Of a stretch of 64,000 bases of DNA, positions 27,317 through 37,856 are shown piece by piece. The position numbers and the translations under genes are program-made. The stretch comes from Candidatus Hecatella orcuttiae (GTDB lineage: Archaea > Thermoproteota > Bathyarchaeia > Hecatellales > Hecatellaceae): contig MTLY02000001.1 of assembly GCA_002011035.2 (NCBI GenBank), positions 1 to 64,000 of the forward strand, given 5' to 3'. The notes below the pieces were generated by a model that saw only the letters and a list, made by a program, of their open reading frames with translations, searched no databases and had not been told where the DNA came from. How positions within the stretch are numbered: position 1 is the stretch's first letter; each line of letters opens with the position of its first letter.

Positions 27317-28228
27317 GTGTCAGGTTTGGATCCCTTTGGAAGAAAAATTTCCATCATCGGTGGAACGGGTAGAATGGGCAGGTGGTTTGCCAAATTTTTC
27401 AAAGACAAAGGCTTCCAAGTTTTGATAGCCGGTCGAAGCCTTTCAAAAGCAAGGCGGGTGGCTGCTCAACTGGGTGTGGAGTTCGCCGAAAAGGGGAAAC
27501 CTGCCGTGGAAGACGCCGATATGGTGATGGTGGCCACAACGCTGAATTCCACAGCGGCTGTTCTCTTGGAGAACGCTCCTTTGATGAAGAGGGGAGCCGT
27601 CCTCATGGATGTTGCTTCCCTGAAAAGCGATGTCATCCCAGCTTTGCAGAAAGCCGAAGCCTACGGAGTTCACTGCCTAAGCCTCCACCCCATGTTCGGT
27701 CCAGCCGCTCAAACCATGGCTGGAAAAAACATGCTAGTCATTCCGGTGAGTAGTTTGAAAGGAGAATTGAGGAGGCTTCTGAGGATTTTCAGCGAAGCAG
27801 GAGCTCGCGTAGTAATTCTCCCCAACGCTCAAGTCCATGACAGGATGATGGCCCTCACTCTCGCTCTACCCCATTTTGTCAACATAGTATTCGGGCGGAC
27901 ACTCTCCGCGGCGGGTGAAAAAATAGGAGAGCTTCAAAAATTCGCGGGAACAACTTTTTCCATGCAGACTCTTCTGGCTGGAAGCGTCCTTCAAGAAGAC
28001 CCTCAAACCTATGGGTCCATTCAAATCGACAATAAAGCTTTTCTTAAAATCCTATCATTACACATTGAAAAGGTCAACGAATTGAAGCGGATCATTCAGG
28101 GAAAAGACAAAGCTAGTTTCATAAAATTTTTTGATGCAGCAAGGGATTACTTGGCTGAAAGCGCTGAGTTCAAGGCCTCGCCTAAAAAAGTTTACAGTGC
28201 TCTTGAATTTTTGAAGTCATCAGGGTAA
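27317..28228 (+). CDS. tyrA: Prephenate dehydrogenase
   Basis: GGTGRMG, DVASLK, HPMFGP, HDRMMA..LALPH. Confidence 0.9.
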   Translation: MSGLDPFGRKISIIGGTGRMGRWFAKFFKDKGFQVLIAGRSLSKARRVAAQLGVEFAEKGKPAVEDADMVMVATTLNSTAAVLLENAPLMKRGAVLMDVASLKSDVIPALQKAEAYGVHCLSLHPMFGPAAQTMAGKNMLVIPVSSLKGELRRLLRIFSEAGARVVILPNAQVHDRMMALTLALPHFVNIVFGRTLSAAGEKIGELQKFAGTTFSMQTLLAGSVLQEDPQTYGSIQIDNKAFLKILSLHIEKVNELKRIIQGKDKASFIKFFDAARDYLAESAEFKASPKKVYSALEFLKSSG

Positions 28229-28233
28229 AAATT

Positions 28234-29115
28234 TTACGACGCCCGCCTGTAGGAGCCTAAGACCTTAAGAAATTCACATAGGCTTCGCAGGTCTCCTATG
28301 GCTTCTGCGCACTTTTCATCTTTTCTATGCCCTTCAAATTCCATGAAGAAAACATACTCCCAAGGTTTTTCCTTAGAAGGTCTGGACTCGATCTTTGTCA
28401 GGTTAATGCTTCGGGAGGCAAAAGGCTCCAACGCTTTATGAAGGGCGCCGGGGACGTCTTTGGTGGAAAAGATGAGAGAGGTCTTATCCTTTCCTGTAGG
28501 CTTAGAATCACTTTGGGAGAGGACAATAAAACGGGTTAAATTTTGAGGCCAATCGCAGAGGTTTTTTTCCAGAATTTTCATACCGTAGATCTTCGCAGCC
28601 AACTCTGTTCCTATCGCTGCGGCATTTTTCATTCTTTTGAGTTTTCTGACAGCTGAAGCCGTGCTTTCCACCTCTTTTCTCTTTGCTTTGGGGAAATTCT
28701 CGTCCAGATAGGTTCTGCACTGGGACAGAGCTTGAGGGTGAGATAGAATGACTTTGATTTTCGACTTATCCGTTCCCCTATTCACTATGAGGCTGTGTTT
28801 TATCTCCTCCAGGATTTCGCCACATATTTTCAAATTAGACTTGTAAAGGAGGTCCAGAGTTAAGTTAACGGAACCTTCAACAGAATTTTCTACCGGCACA
28901 ACCCCGTAGGTAGCCTTACCCTCAGCTACGGCTTCAAAAACTTCTTGAAGAGACTCCAATTCAAGGAACTTCGCTTTCCTTTTGGAGAAGAATTTTATCG
29001 CCGCCTGCTGGGTGAAAGTACCTTTAGGTCCTAGGAAGGCTACAGTAGGATGTTTTTCCTTTGTTTTCAAAGTCGACAACGTCCCCATGGATCCGGGTTT
29101 ACTTTTATTTTTCAT
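28234..29115 (-). CDS. pheA: Prephenate dehydratase with ACT domain
   Basis: AFLGPKGTF, VPVENSVEG, SHPQAL.QC, NLTRF, NLTKIESRP. Confidence 0.95.
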   Translation of the reverse strand: MKNKSKPGSMGTLSTLKTKEKHPTVAFLGPKGTFTQQAAIKFFSKRKAKFLELESLQEVFEAVAEGKATYGVVPVENSVEGSVNLTLDLLYKSNLKICGEILEEIKHSLIVNRGTDKSKIKVILSHPQALSQCRTYLDENFPKAKRKEVESTASAVRKLKRMKNAAAIGTELAAKIYGMKILEKNLCDWPQNLTRFIVLSQSDSKPTGKDKTSLIFSTKDVPGALHKALEPFASRSINLTKIESRPSKEKPWEYVFFMEFEGHRKDEKCAEAIGDLRSLCEFLKVLGSYRRAS

Positions 29116-30343
29116 CTTCGCTGACTTCCGATTCTTTAGTGGCAGACTTTAGTTTGGCCAGAAGCTGGCTGGAAACCTTTGTAGGAAGCCCCCAGATTTC
29201 GATGAAGCCTTCAGAAGCAGACTGGTCGAAGGTTGACTTCACGTCGTAAGTGGCTAACCTGAGGTCGTAGAGGGAGAAGGGAGAGCTTCTGGCCACCGTC
29301 TTCACGCTTCCTTTGAAAAGTTTAAGCTTAACTGATCCACTTACTCGCTGCTGGCTGGTTTTGATGAAGGCGTCTAAGTCCTTTTTGAGAGGGTCTTCCC
29401 AAAGGCCGCTGTAAACCAGCCAACTCCATTGCGAGTCTACATACTGCTTGAACATCAACTCATGGCGGGTTAAAACCAGCTTTTCCAAGTCTCTATGAGC
29501 TTCCAGCAAACATGCTGCAGCAGGGCACTCGTAGACTTCTCTTGACTTCAACCCCACGACTCTGTCTTCCACGTGGTCTATTCTTCCTATCCCGTGAGCC
29601 CCCGCGATTCGATTCAGGTTTTCGATCAGGGTCACCCCGTCAAGTTCTTCGCCGTTTAATGCGATTGGGACTCCTTCTTCAAATTTCACTGTCAAGTAAG
29701 CGGGTTTATCAGGAGCTTTCTCCGGGGATGTTGTCCAGCTAAAGGCATCTTCAGGGGGTTCAGTGTCTAAATGTTCCAGCGGACCTGACTCTATGGAGCG
29801 CCCCCACAGATTTTGGTCTATGCTGTATGAGGCTTCTTTCAAGATTACAGGTATTCCATGCTTCTGCGCGTACTCGATTTCCTTATCCCGCGTTAACCCC
29901 CATTTTCGAACCGGAGCCAACACAGTGAGTTCAGGGGCTAGGGCGCGGATGCTGACCTCAAACCTAACCTGATCGTTTCCCTTTCCAGTGCAGCCGTGAG
30001 CTACTGCTGAGGCTTTTTCCTTTCTAGCTACTTCCACCAGTTTAGCAGCTATCAAAGGTCTTGCTAGCGCGGTGCTGAGAGGGTATTTCTCTTGGTAAAG
30101 CGCATTGGCTTGGATGGCTGGGAAGACATAGTCTTCCACAAACTCCTTTGTGGCGTCTATGTTGTAATGCCTCGAGACTCCTAGCTTCAGGGCTTTATCC
30201 TCAACGGCTTTAAGGTCTTCCTGCTGGCCTACATTTACAGTTACGGTCACTATCTCTGCGTTGTATTTCTCCGCAAGCCACTTTATCATGACTGTGGTGT
30301 CAAGGCCGCCGGAGTAGGCTAGGACTATTTTCTCCAAGGACAT
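29105..30343 (-). CDS. argG: Argininosuccinate synthase
   Basis: LAYSGGLDT, HGCTGKGNDQVRF, SIDQNLWGRS, KSREVYE. The start is placed at ATG 30343 after GGTGAG. Confidence 0.97.
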   Translation of the reverse strand: MSLEKIVLAYSGGLDTTVMIKWLAEKYNAEIVTVTVNVGQQEDLKAVEDKALKLGVSRHYNIDATKEFVEDYVFPAIQANALYQEKYPLSTALARPLIAAKLVEVARKEKASAVAHGCTGKGNDQVRFEVSIRALAPELTVLAPVRKWGLTRDKEIEYAQKHGIPVILKEASYSIDQNLWGRSIESGPLEHLDTEPPEDAFSWTTSPEKAPDKPAYLTVKFEEGVPIALNGEELDGVTLIENLNRIAGAHGIGRIDHVEDRVVGLKSREVYECPAAACLLEAHRDLEKLVLTRHELMFKQYVDSQWSWLVYSGLWEDPLKKDLDAFIKTSQQRVSGSVKLKLFKGSVKTVARSSPFSLYDLRLATYDVKSTFDQSASEGFIEIWGLPTKVSSQLLAKLKSATKESEVSEDEK

Positions 30344-30387
30344 CCTCACCAAAAAAATCATGTTAAAAGGCTTAAAGCTTTTTAGCT

Positions 30388-30900
30388 TCAGAGGACATAG
30401 GTACCCTTCTTCTTAAGATACTCAACCAGTCCGCCGCTTTGAAGAATATCCAAAAGAACGGAGGGTAGAGGTCTGAAGTTGTAGGATCTCTCAGCCTCCC
30501 TGTTCTTTATCACGCCAGCCTCCAAGTCTATCTCTAGGATATCTCCCTCCCTAGTTTCTTTGGATGCCTCCTTTGACTCAAGTACAGGTAAACCCACATT
30601 GATGGCGTTTCTAAAAAATATTCTGGCGAAAGACTCCGCCACCACAGCGCCTATGCCCAGTTCCTTCAACACCCGTGGAGCATGCTCCCGGGAGGAGCCG
30701 CATCCGAAATTTTTCCCAGCTACAATGACATCCCCCGGCTTGGCTTTTTTTGAGAAGTTCGGGTCTAAGCCTTCCATAGCATGTTCCGCCAGCTCTTTCA
30801 TGTTGAGGGTTTTAAATTTGTATTTACCTGGGATGATGACATCAGTGTTTACGTCGTCGCCGAACTTCCAAACTCGACCTTTAATGGGCTTGAAAACCAT
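30388..30900 (-). CDS. 3-isopropylmalate dehydratase/homoaconitase small subunit (LeuD/HacB)
   Basis: [40 protein letters not shown]. Confidence 0.93.
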   Translation of the reverse strand: MVFKPIKGRVWKFGDDVNTDVIIPGKYKFKTLNMKELAEHAMEGLDPNFSKKAKPGDVIVAGKNFGCGSSREHAPRVLKELGIGAVVAESFARIFFRNAINVGLPVLESKEASKETREGDILEIDLEAGVIKNREAERSYNFRPLPSVLLDILQSGGLVEYLKKKGTYVL

Positions 30901-30903
30901 AGG

Positions 30904-32160
30904 TCAACCTCTCCAACCTTGAGGGTCAGTTATTTTCCCCGTTAAAGCGGACACAGCGGCTGTCTTAGGCGAGACGAGGTAAATGTCTGCCTCCGCGCAC
31001 CCCATCCTCCCTACAAAATTTCTGTTGGAAGTGCTTAGGACGACTTCCCCGGGAGCAGGGATCCCTTGATGAGCTCCTACACAAGGCCCGCATCCGGGAT
31101 TACACAGCGTGCATCCTGCCTCGAGAAAAGTTTTGATGAATCCTGCCTCCAAAGCTTCTAGGTACACGTTGACGGAAGCAGGGACGACGATCATCCTAAC
31201 ATGAGGGCTGATTCTTTTCCCAGCTAAGATTTCAGCGGCCTCCTTCAAGTCTTCTACGCGACCATCGGTGCATGAACCTAGGAAAACTTGGTGAATGTCA
31301 AGGCCTTCCACTTCTTTGACAGGCTTCACATTATCCACTGTGGGCGGGCATGCTATTTGAGGTTCAATCTTTGATACGTCGTATTCACGTGTCTCCACGA
31401 ACTCTGCGTCAGGGTCGTTCTTCAAAGCTTTAGAGAAGTTCCTTCTCTTCTCGAGGATATATTTCTCAGTCGTTTCATCAGGTTCTACCAAACCGTTTTT
31501 AGCTCCCATTTCCACAACCATATTGCAAAGAGTAAGCCGCCCGTCCACGCTCATATGCTTCACAGCCTCTCCAGAAAATTCCACAGCCTTGTAGGTAGCT
31601 CCGTCTGCTCCTATCTGACCGATGAGGTAGAGGATAACGTCTTTAGGAGTAACATGAGGAGGCATTTCGCCATCTAGGTTTATCTTTAAGGTTTCAGGAA
31701 CTTTAAACCAGAGTTTTCCCGTCTTGAAAACTGCCGCTACCTCTGTGGAGCCTATGCCCGTGGAAAAGGCTCCCAAGGCTCCGTAGGTGCATGTGTGAGA
31801 GTCTGCGCCTACTACAACCATGCCAGGTTCCACGTGTTTCTCCACCATCAGCTGATGGCATACTCCCACACCCACATCGTAGAAGTTTTCAATTTTCTGC
31901 TCCGCGGAAAACTGCCTCATCAGCTTGTGAAGACTGGAGGTCCCTTCTGTGGCGCTGGGAGCTACGTGATCTATGACGAGGATGACTTTTTTCGCGTTCC
32001 ATAGGAGTTCGCCGCCCATTTCCCTGAACATTTTAATGGCTAAGGGAGCGGTCCCGTCATGAGCCATGGCCAAGTCTACCTCAGCCACCACCAGCTCGCC
32101 TTGCTCTACGTTCTTCCCCGATGCCCTCGAAAGAATCTTCTCCGTTATGGTCTTTCCCAT
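30904..32160 (-). CDS. 3-isopropylmalate dehydratase/homoaconitase large subunit (LeuC/HacA)
   Basis: HDGT, DH, GVCHQ, ADSHTCT, GSCT, CGPC, STSNRNF.GRMG. Confidence 0.95.
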   Translation of the reverse strand: MGKTITEKILSRASGKNVEQGELVVAEVDLAMAHDGTAPLAIKMFREMGGELLWNAKKVILVIDHVAPSATEGTSSLHKLMRQFSAEQKIENFYDVGVGVCHQLMVEKHVEPGMVVVGADSHTCTYGALGAFSTGIGSTEVAAVFKTGKLWFKVPETLKINLDGEMPPHVTPKDVILYLIGQIGADGATYKAVEFSGEAVKHMSVDGRLTLCNMVVEMGAKNGLVEPDETTEKYILEKRRNFSKALKNDPDAEFVETREYDVSKIEPQIACPPTVDNVKPVKEVEGLDIHQVFLGSCTDGRVEDLKEAAEILAGKRISPHVRMIVVPASVNVYLEALEAGFIKTFLEAGCTLCNPGCGPCVGAHQGIPAPGEVVLSTSNRNFVGRMGCAEADIYLVSPKTAAVSALTGKITDPQGWRG

Positions 32161-32296
32161 AAGTGTCTTGAACTCCTCTTATGGTGTTGGAATTAAAGGA
32201 AAAATGCTGAGAAAAGATATATACCTTACTAGAAAGCCCTTTTAGATAGGCTTTAAAGCCCACGGACAAATTAAACAAGCTGGGAAAATCTCCAAT

Positions 32297-32998
32297 TTGA
32301 CCCTCGCAAAATTGAACAAAGAATTTTTACTGGAGATTTTGAAGTACACAAAGGAAAGCGATGTCCTACTTGAGGACGTGTTATTATCCAACACTTTTCT
32401 ACCTTCCCACACAGCCAGAGACCAGTTGAACCAACTCGCTGTTCAGAGGCTTATTTCCAGAGAGGGAAACCGCCTAAAAATTTCGCCAATCCAGAAAGTA
32501 GATCTGGCGGTTCAAGCCTTAAGGCTGGGTTTAACCCTCGGCTCTGTCTGCCGATATCTGACTTGGCAAGAGTTTGAAAAGGTAACAGCCTACGCTTTGG
32601 AGAAAAACAACTACCATGTTTTAGCCCACTTGAGGGTGAAAATGAACGGAGAATGGAGTGAAATAGATCTTCTCGCCGTTCAAAATTGGCTTGCGTTAAT
32701 GATAGACTGTAAACATTGGAAAACCCACCTAAACAGGTCGAAGGTTCAGAGAATAGTGGACATGCAACTGAAGAGACTGGAGGCTCTGTCATCTCCTAAG
32801 AACTTGAAGAAAATCGAGGTTGAATTAAAAATGAAGCTTCCACCTTGTTTGAAGGCAGTTCCGGTGGTTGTAACTCTGCTGGAGGTTAACTACCTTGTCT
32901 ACAGAGGAGTTCCCATTGTTCCTATATCCAAGTTCGGCGGCTTCCTCAATGAGGTGCTGGGCTGCTGGGAGCTTTTTTCATTCAAATCCCTGACCTGA
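32297..32998 (+). CDS. PD-(D/E)xK nuclease-domain protein (NERD/Mrr-like) with N-terminal wHTH-like region
   Basis: WQEFE...EIDLLA....IDCKHW. Confidence 0.7.
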   Translation: MTLAKLNKEFLLEILKYTKESDVLLEDVLLSNTFLPSHTARDQLNQLAVQRLISREGNRLKISPIQKVDLAVQALRLGLTLGSVCRYLTWQEFEKVTAYALEKNNYHVLAHLRVKMNGEWSEIDLLAVQNWLALMIDCKHWKTHLNRSKVQRIVDMQLKRLEALSSPKNLKKIEVELKMKLPPCLKAVPVVVTLLEVNYLVYRGVPIVPISKFGGFLNEVLGCWELFSFKSLT

Positions 32999-33076
32999 AG
33001 CACCCTCGCTTATGCGGCTTCGTAAGTTTAATATGGAAAAGGATGTTTACTGGTTCAGATGGCCGTGGGTTGAAGC

Positions 33077-33619
33077 TTGGCTGACCTAAGTTTCATCATC
33101 TCTTCAGCCATCATCATGGTGCCGGCCTATCTAGCCAACGGCATGCCTGTCCTTTTTGGGGGTGGGAGGCCCATCGACGGAGGAAAGAATTTCTTCGACG
33201 GTCGGAGGCTTCTAGGAGACGGTAAAACGGTGAGAGGAGCTGTTGCAGGGGTGATGTTTGGGGTGGTAGGCTGCCTTTTGACAGCGAGTTTCCTGAATTT
33301 GGTAACCACTCAGTCTTTCCCTCTGCCTCTTTACGCTCTTTTAGGGTTGGTCGTAGGCTCAGGTACAGTTTCAGGAGACCTTATAGGGGCTTTTATCAAA
33401 AGGAGAGCCAATCTTCCCCGAGGAGCCCCAGCGCCCGTGCTAGACCAGCTGGGATTCATTTTAGTGGCTCTGCTTTTCATCTACCTCTTTAACCTAGCTG
33501 TTCCCTTACTAACTCTGACCGTAGAGGTCTTTTTCGCCGTTTTGGTGGTAACGCCCTTTATTCACATAACTGCTAACGTGATCCTTTTTCTTTTAGGGAA
33601 AAAAAAAGAACCTTGGTAG
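33077..33619 (+). CDS. carS: CDP-archaeol synthase
   Basis: PAYLANG.PV, PIDGG..F.DGRRLLGDGKT.RG, GDL..AFIKRR, APVLDQL, KKEPW. Confidence 0.95.
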   Translation: MADLSFIISSAIIMVPAYLANGMPVLFGGGRPIDGGKNFFDGRRLLGDGKTVRGAVAGVMFGVVGCLLTASFLNLVTTQSFPLPLYALLGLVVGSGTVSGDLIGAFIKRRANLPRGAPAPVLDQLGFILVALLFIYLFNLAVPLLTLTVEVFFAVLVVTPFIHITANVILFLLGKKKEPW

Positions 33620-33903
33620 TTTTCTGGTTTTTTAGAAAACTTTATTTGAAAGCCATCAACCTAGAAACTTTTGGGGCTTTGAAAGAGAAATTCTTTAAAT
33701 TTTTAAGGTTTGGGTCTAAATTTTTTAAACTGAAATGTATAATAATGAAGCTTCCTGAAAATATTCCTAATTTCGGCTTTATATTTTAAATTAATCGTGT
33801 CTAAAGGATTTATTCTGAGGAAAAACTTTAATAAGAAAAATTAAAAACATCTAAAAACGTAAAAACCTTGCATGTTAAGGAAAGGGAGGCAAATCATAGA
33901 AAG

Positions 33904-34542
33904 TTGGCGTATCCGATACATGGACTGTTTCTGCCTAAAAAATTCTTTCTGACCAGCGGATGCGCAACCAGTTCTACGTCTCCTCTAAACGCCTTTGACG
34001 CCGCCCTCATCAAGGCGGGAATAGGACAATGCAACCTTGTGAGCGTGTCTTCCATACTTCCCCCAGACGCGGAGAAAATGGAGAGCTTTGAAATCACACC
34101 TGGCACCATCACGTTTTGCGTTTTAGCTCGAATGGACGGAGATCCCGGGGAGACCATCGGCGCAGGTATAGGATGGGCCTGGGGCATCACAGCAGATGAA
34201 AGAAAATATGGAATCGTCGCTGAGGCTCACGGGTATAAAGATCGGGAAGCCATCGATAGGGAGTTAAAATGGAAACTTCAGGAGATGGCTAAACTCAGGC
34301 AGATGCGCTTAATTCATGTTGAAACAAAACCTGAATGTTTAGAGGTCCCTAAGGGGAAATATGGCAGTGCAACCGTCGCCCTTGTCTACGTACCATGGGA
34401 GTTGGAAGAAACTCAGCGAACCATTGCTAGGGAATCCTATATGGTCCCTGAGGAATTGTTAAAGATGGAAGCAGTTACAGCGAAGGTAAACAATAATTCG
34501 GGGTCTCTTAAACTTCAAAACAATTCCCGCCTTAAGACATAA
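33904..34542 (+). CDS. pdaD: Pyruvoyl-dependent arginine decarboxylase with C-terminal extension
   Basis: LPKKFFLTSG, LNAFDAAL..AGI..CNLVSVSSILPP (Ser-Ser cleavage site). The start is uncertain (33868 or 33904). Confidence 0.9.
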   Translation: MAYPIHGLFLPKKFFLTSGCATSSTSPLNAFDAALIKAGIGQCNLVSVSSILPPDAEKMESFEITPGTITFCVLARMDGDPGETIGAGIGWAWGITADERKYGIVAEAHGYKDREAIDRELKWKLQEMAKLRQMRLIHVETKPECLEVPKGKYGSATVALVYVPWELEETQRTIARESYMVPEELLKMEAVTAKVNNNSGSLKLQNNSRLKT

Positions 34543-34583
34543 GAAAAACTTTAATCACTGAAGACTATATTTCCTAAACTGCC

Positions 34584-36323
34584 GTGGTTCAATTTAAAGA
34601 ACTCTGCGAATTATGTGAGCGTTTAAGTCAAGTCTCCAGTAGAATTTCCAAGATAAACCTAGTAGTAGAATTTCTCAAAAGGGCAGACTTGGAGGAGATT
34701 TCTGCAGCCATTTCCCTTATCATGGGGAACCTCCCCAAAGCTTACGGGCAGCCTTTGAACCTCAGCCATTTGACTCTTTACCGCACTGTATTGAGGATGA
34801 CCAAGGTGGAGGAGGAGAAATTTTTCGGCGAATTTAGCCAAACAGGGGATGTAGGAGAAACTGTTAAGAGAATTCTCGAAAAATATCCATCTAAAACGCA
34901 AAAACTCCTCAAAGATGAGCCCATAACTTGCCGAGAAGTTGCTGAAGCCCTTCAGCAGATAGCGGAATTTACAGGAGCGGGCGCTCGGGTTAAGAAAGAA
35001 AGGCTGCTGGAAAGCCTCTTAGGCAGGGTAAGCCCGTTGGAAGCGAAATATTTGGTGAAGAATCTGCTGGGGGAAATGAGGCATGGATTCGGCGAAGGCC
35101 TCATGGAGGAAGCTTTAGCCAGAGCCTTCAATATCGGAGTTGAAAAGATCCGCATAGCCCACATGTCTATAGGGGACTTGGGGCGGCTGGGGAGACTGTT
35201 GAAATCCAAAGGACAGGCTGGTTTAGAGGCGGCGGTCATAGTTCCCTTTCATCCTGTAAAGCCTATGTTGGCCGAACATGCTGAAAGCTTAGAAGAAGTG
35301 CTTAGGCAGCACGGGGGAAAAACATGTTTAGAAGACAAGTTAGATGGGGTTAGAGTGCAGATTCATAAGGTAAACTCTGAAGTTCGCATTTACAGTCGAA
35401 GATTGACGGAGGTTACAGATTCTTTCCCAGAGGTCTCCAAGACGATAAAGGAGAAGGTGCAGGCAAAAGAAGCCATAATAGACGGGGAAATAGTAGCCGT
35501 GGATCATAGAGGCCGCTTTCAACCATTTCAAGAAATTATGAAAAGATACGGGCGAATTAAAGAGACCTATGACTTCGCTAAGCATGTCCCTGTCGCCCTC
35601 TTCTTATTCGATATTCTCCACCTAAACGGGATGCCTCTTATCGATAAACCCCTGATGGAAAGAAAAGCCATATTGGAGAAGATTGTTCCTTCGCGGATGC
35701 TTGTCCGCAGCCTAACCGCTGTAAGCCTCGACGAAGCTAGGAGATTTTTTGAAGAAGCCATAGGTAGAAGATGCGAAGGCGTTGTAGCCAAGCGTCCAGA
35801 TTCTACTTATACCCCGGGCATCCGCGGGAAAAAATGGCTGAAAATAAAGCGGCCTCCCTACACTTTAGATCTTGTAATTGTGGCGGCGGAGTACGGCTAT
35901 GGATATAGGCATAAGTGGCTTAGTGATTATTACCTGGCAGCAAGCGTTCAAGATGGTGAAAAGAAAGACTCACCCACAACCTTTCCAGAATACGTGGAAG
36001 CCTTCCATGGCGGCAAGTTTGAAATAGTTGGGAAAACTTTCAAGGGTTTGACTAACGAAGAAATCAAAACTCTCACCCAAAGGCTTCAAAACATAGCCCT
36101 CAAAACTGAAGGAAGGGCGGTCATAGTTAAGCCTGAAATAGTGGCGGAGATAGCCTTTTCGGAGATTCAGCGGAGTCCCCAGTACAGCAGCGGCTACGCC
36201 CTCAGATTCGCCAGAATCATCCGTATCAGAGACGATAAAACCGTAAGCGAGATCAGCAACCTGAAAGATGTTGAGCGAGTTTTCCTCACTCAGCATAGGG
36301 TCCAAGATTTTGGACGGGTATAG
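34584..36323 (+). CDS. lig: ATP-dependent DNA ligase
   Basis: PMLA, EDKLDGVRVQ (motif I), DGE, FDIL, EGVVAK, WLKIK, LRFAR..RIRDDK. Confidence 0.97.
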   Translation: MVQFKELCELCERLSQVSSRISKINLVVEFLKRADLEEISAAISLIMGNLPKAYGQPLNLSHLTLYRTVLRMTKVEEEKFFGEFSQTGDVGETVKRILEKYPSKTQKLLKDEPITCREVAEALQQIAEFTGAGARVKKERLLESLLGRVSPLEAKYLVKNLLGEMRHGFGEGLMEEALARAFNIGVEKIRIAHMSIGDLGRLGRLLKSKGQAGLEAAVIVPFHPVKPMLAEHAESLEEVLRQHGGKTCLEDKLDGVRVQIHKVNSEVRIYSRRLTEVTDSFPEVSKTIKEKVQAKEAIIDGEIVAVDHRGRFQPFQEIMKRYGRIKETYDFAKHVPVALFLFDILHLNGMPLIDKPLMERKAILEKIVPSRMLVRSLTAVSLDEARRFFEEAIGRRCEGVVAKRPDSTYTPGIRGKKWLKIKRPPYTLDLVIVAAEYGYGYRHKWLSDYYLAASVQDGEKKDSPTTFPEYVEAFHGGKFEIVGKTFKGLTNEEIKTLTQRLQNIALKTEGRAVIVKPEIVAEIAFSEIQRSPQYSSGYALRFARIIRIRDDKTVSEISNLKDVERVFLTQHRVQDFGRV

Positions 36324-36335
36324 TGCTCTCCAAAA
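36308..36335 (+). other. Putative left recombination site (attL-like)
   Basis: TTTTGGACGGG-TATAGT-GCTCTCCAAAA; the spacer contains the ligase TAG stop. Confidence 0.6.
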
Positions 36336-36443
36336 AATCGAAAACTGTGAAGTAGGAAGTTTTCCATAAATTTTCCGGATCTTTTCTTGTTGGAGGTTAG
36401 GGGGTAAAATGGAAAAGTTTTTGGAAATGAAAGGGCTCTTAAA

Positions 36444-36481
36444 ATTTTTCCGTATATATGCAGAGTGCAATACGGAAAAAT
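36444..36481. promoter_or_regulatory. Perfect 12-bp inverted repeat abutting the integrase BRE/TATA (operator or arm site)
   Basis: ATTTTTCCGTAT-N14-ATACGGAAAAAT followed by CCTTATATAA. Confidence 0.6.
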
Positions 36482-36494
36482 CCTTATATAACAA

Positions 36495-37550
36495 ATGAAA
36501 TCACCCATAATTATTCCGGTGGAAAACATGCAAGACCTCCTAGCCTACGAGTCTGTTCGATCTTGGATGAGCAATTTCCCAGACAGACCTAACACCAAAA
36601 AAGTCTATCTATTTAGGCTGTCTAAGTTCTGTCAGTGGATAGGGAAAGACCCTGACACCTTAATTCGAGAGGCTGAAAAAAATCTTTCCGCTGCACATAA
36701 TCAGCTGAAAGAATTCTACAATAAGCTGCTGGGAGAAGGTAAAAGTCTAAAGACAGCGAGCACATCTTATCAATGCTTAAGGTCTTTCTATCGCTGGAAT
36801 GACGTGATCCTGCCTCGGGCACCGCGAAGTTTCAAAGGCCGGGTAGAATTCGCCTCCCGACGAGTTCTAAGCCAGCAGGAAATCAGCATTATGGTAGGTG
36901 CATGCTCCACCATAAGAGACAAAGCTCTGATAACCTTCCTAGCTCAATCTGGCCAGCGAAGCGGGGTTTTAACGGCTTTAAAATATAAACATGTAAGAAG
37001 AGGACTTGAAAATAATGAGAACCCGCTGCTGGTGGAAGTTCCAGCTGTGCTTAGAAATGACAAAGGAATTAACATCAACAAGCTGGGTGAAGCCTACAGG
37101 TTTGCGGTAGGGAGAGACTCGATCATGTTTTTGAAGATGATGATAGAAGAACGTCGAAGGGACGGTGAACCTATCGACGGGGAAAGCTGGCTTTTTAGGA
37201 GCTACTCTAAAGGCGGTGAAAACGGAAAGTCGACGCCTACAAAAATTTCTAAAAGTGAAAGGGGTCCCCCTTTAACATCTGTTTCCATCAGAGAAATAGT
37301 TCACGAGGTCGCCCTAAGAGCTGGAATTCAAGGGAAGGCCTCGGATAAACGCTACGAGATATATCCTCATGTCTTCAGGAGATACTGGAACATGAGAATG
37401 CAGGAAGCAGGCCTCAGCGAAGATTTAAGGGAGTATATGATCGGGCATAGAGTCCCCTACGAGGGCGCCTACAGTAGATGGTATCCCGACGCCATAAGGC
37501 GGGAATGGAAAGCTAAAAATGTCGAAAAATATCTCAGCCTTCTCTTATAA
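36495..37550 (+). CDS. Tyrosine recombinase/integrase with N-terminal core-binding domain
   Basis: RDKALI.FL.QSGQR (Arg), PHVFRR (HxxR), MIGH, YEGAY (Tyr). The start could be ATG 36528, given the TATA position. Confidence 0.93.
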   Translation: MKSPIIIPVENMQDLLAYESVRSWMSNFPDRPNTKKVYLFRLSKFCQWIGKDPDTLIREAEKNLSAAHNQLKEFYNKLLGEGKSLKTASTSYQCLRSFYRWNDVILPRAPRSFKGRVEFASRRVLSQQEISIMVGACSTIRDKALITFLAQSGQRSGVLTALKYKHVRRGLENNENPLLVEVPAVLRNDKGININKLGEAYRFAVGRDSIMFLKMMIEERRRDGEPIDGESWLFRSYSKGGENGKSTPTKISKSERGPPLTSVSIREIVHEVALRAGIQGKASDKRYEIYPHVFRRYWNMRMQEAGLSEDLREYMIGHRVPYEGAYSRWYPDAIRREWKAKNVEKYLSLLL

Positions 37551-37565
37551 ACGCCTCTCCAGTTA

Positions 37566-37805
37566 TTAGGGCGAAGAGGAGATGTCCCTAAATTTATTAT
37601 ACTTTAGTAGGGTTTTTTTGGATGCTCGCTGAATTATCAGTTTCCTATTTTTAATTTTAACACTAACCCATACTAGGTCTTCTTTGAAGGGGAAACTTGA
37701 GTCGTCAACCAACTTTGTTGGCAGATAGATTCTCGGCGAAGAATAGCTTCGTCCATTTTTCAGCAGTTTTTTTGCTACGGTAAATTTTGCCAGACACTCT
37801 TTCAA
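37566..37805 (-). CDS. Small basic protein, possibly AbrB/MazE-like swapped-hairpin DNA-binding
   Basis: 79 aa; the pattern PRIYLPTKLV..FPFK..V.V.I....LII resembles the AbrB fold. Confidence 0.6.
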   Translation of the reverse strand: MKECLAKFTVAKKLLKNGRSYSSPRIYLPTKLVDDSSFPFKEDLVWVSVKIKNRKLIIQRASKKTLLKYNKFRDISSSP

Positions 37806-37856
37806 GGCTTATCACGTTTTACTTCGTAAATACTGTTTCAATATCATTAGAAAAGT

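Noticed and set aside
33620-33870. Very AT-rich intergenic stretch as origin or ncRNA
   Set aside because: No repeats or stable structure found. It is explained by a terminator plus BRE/TATA-like promoter motifs.
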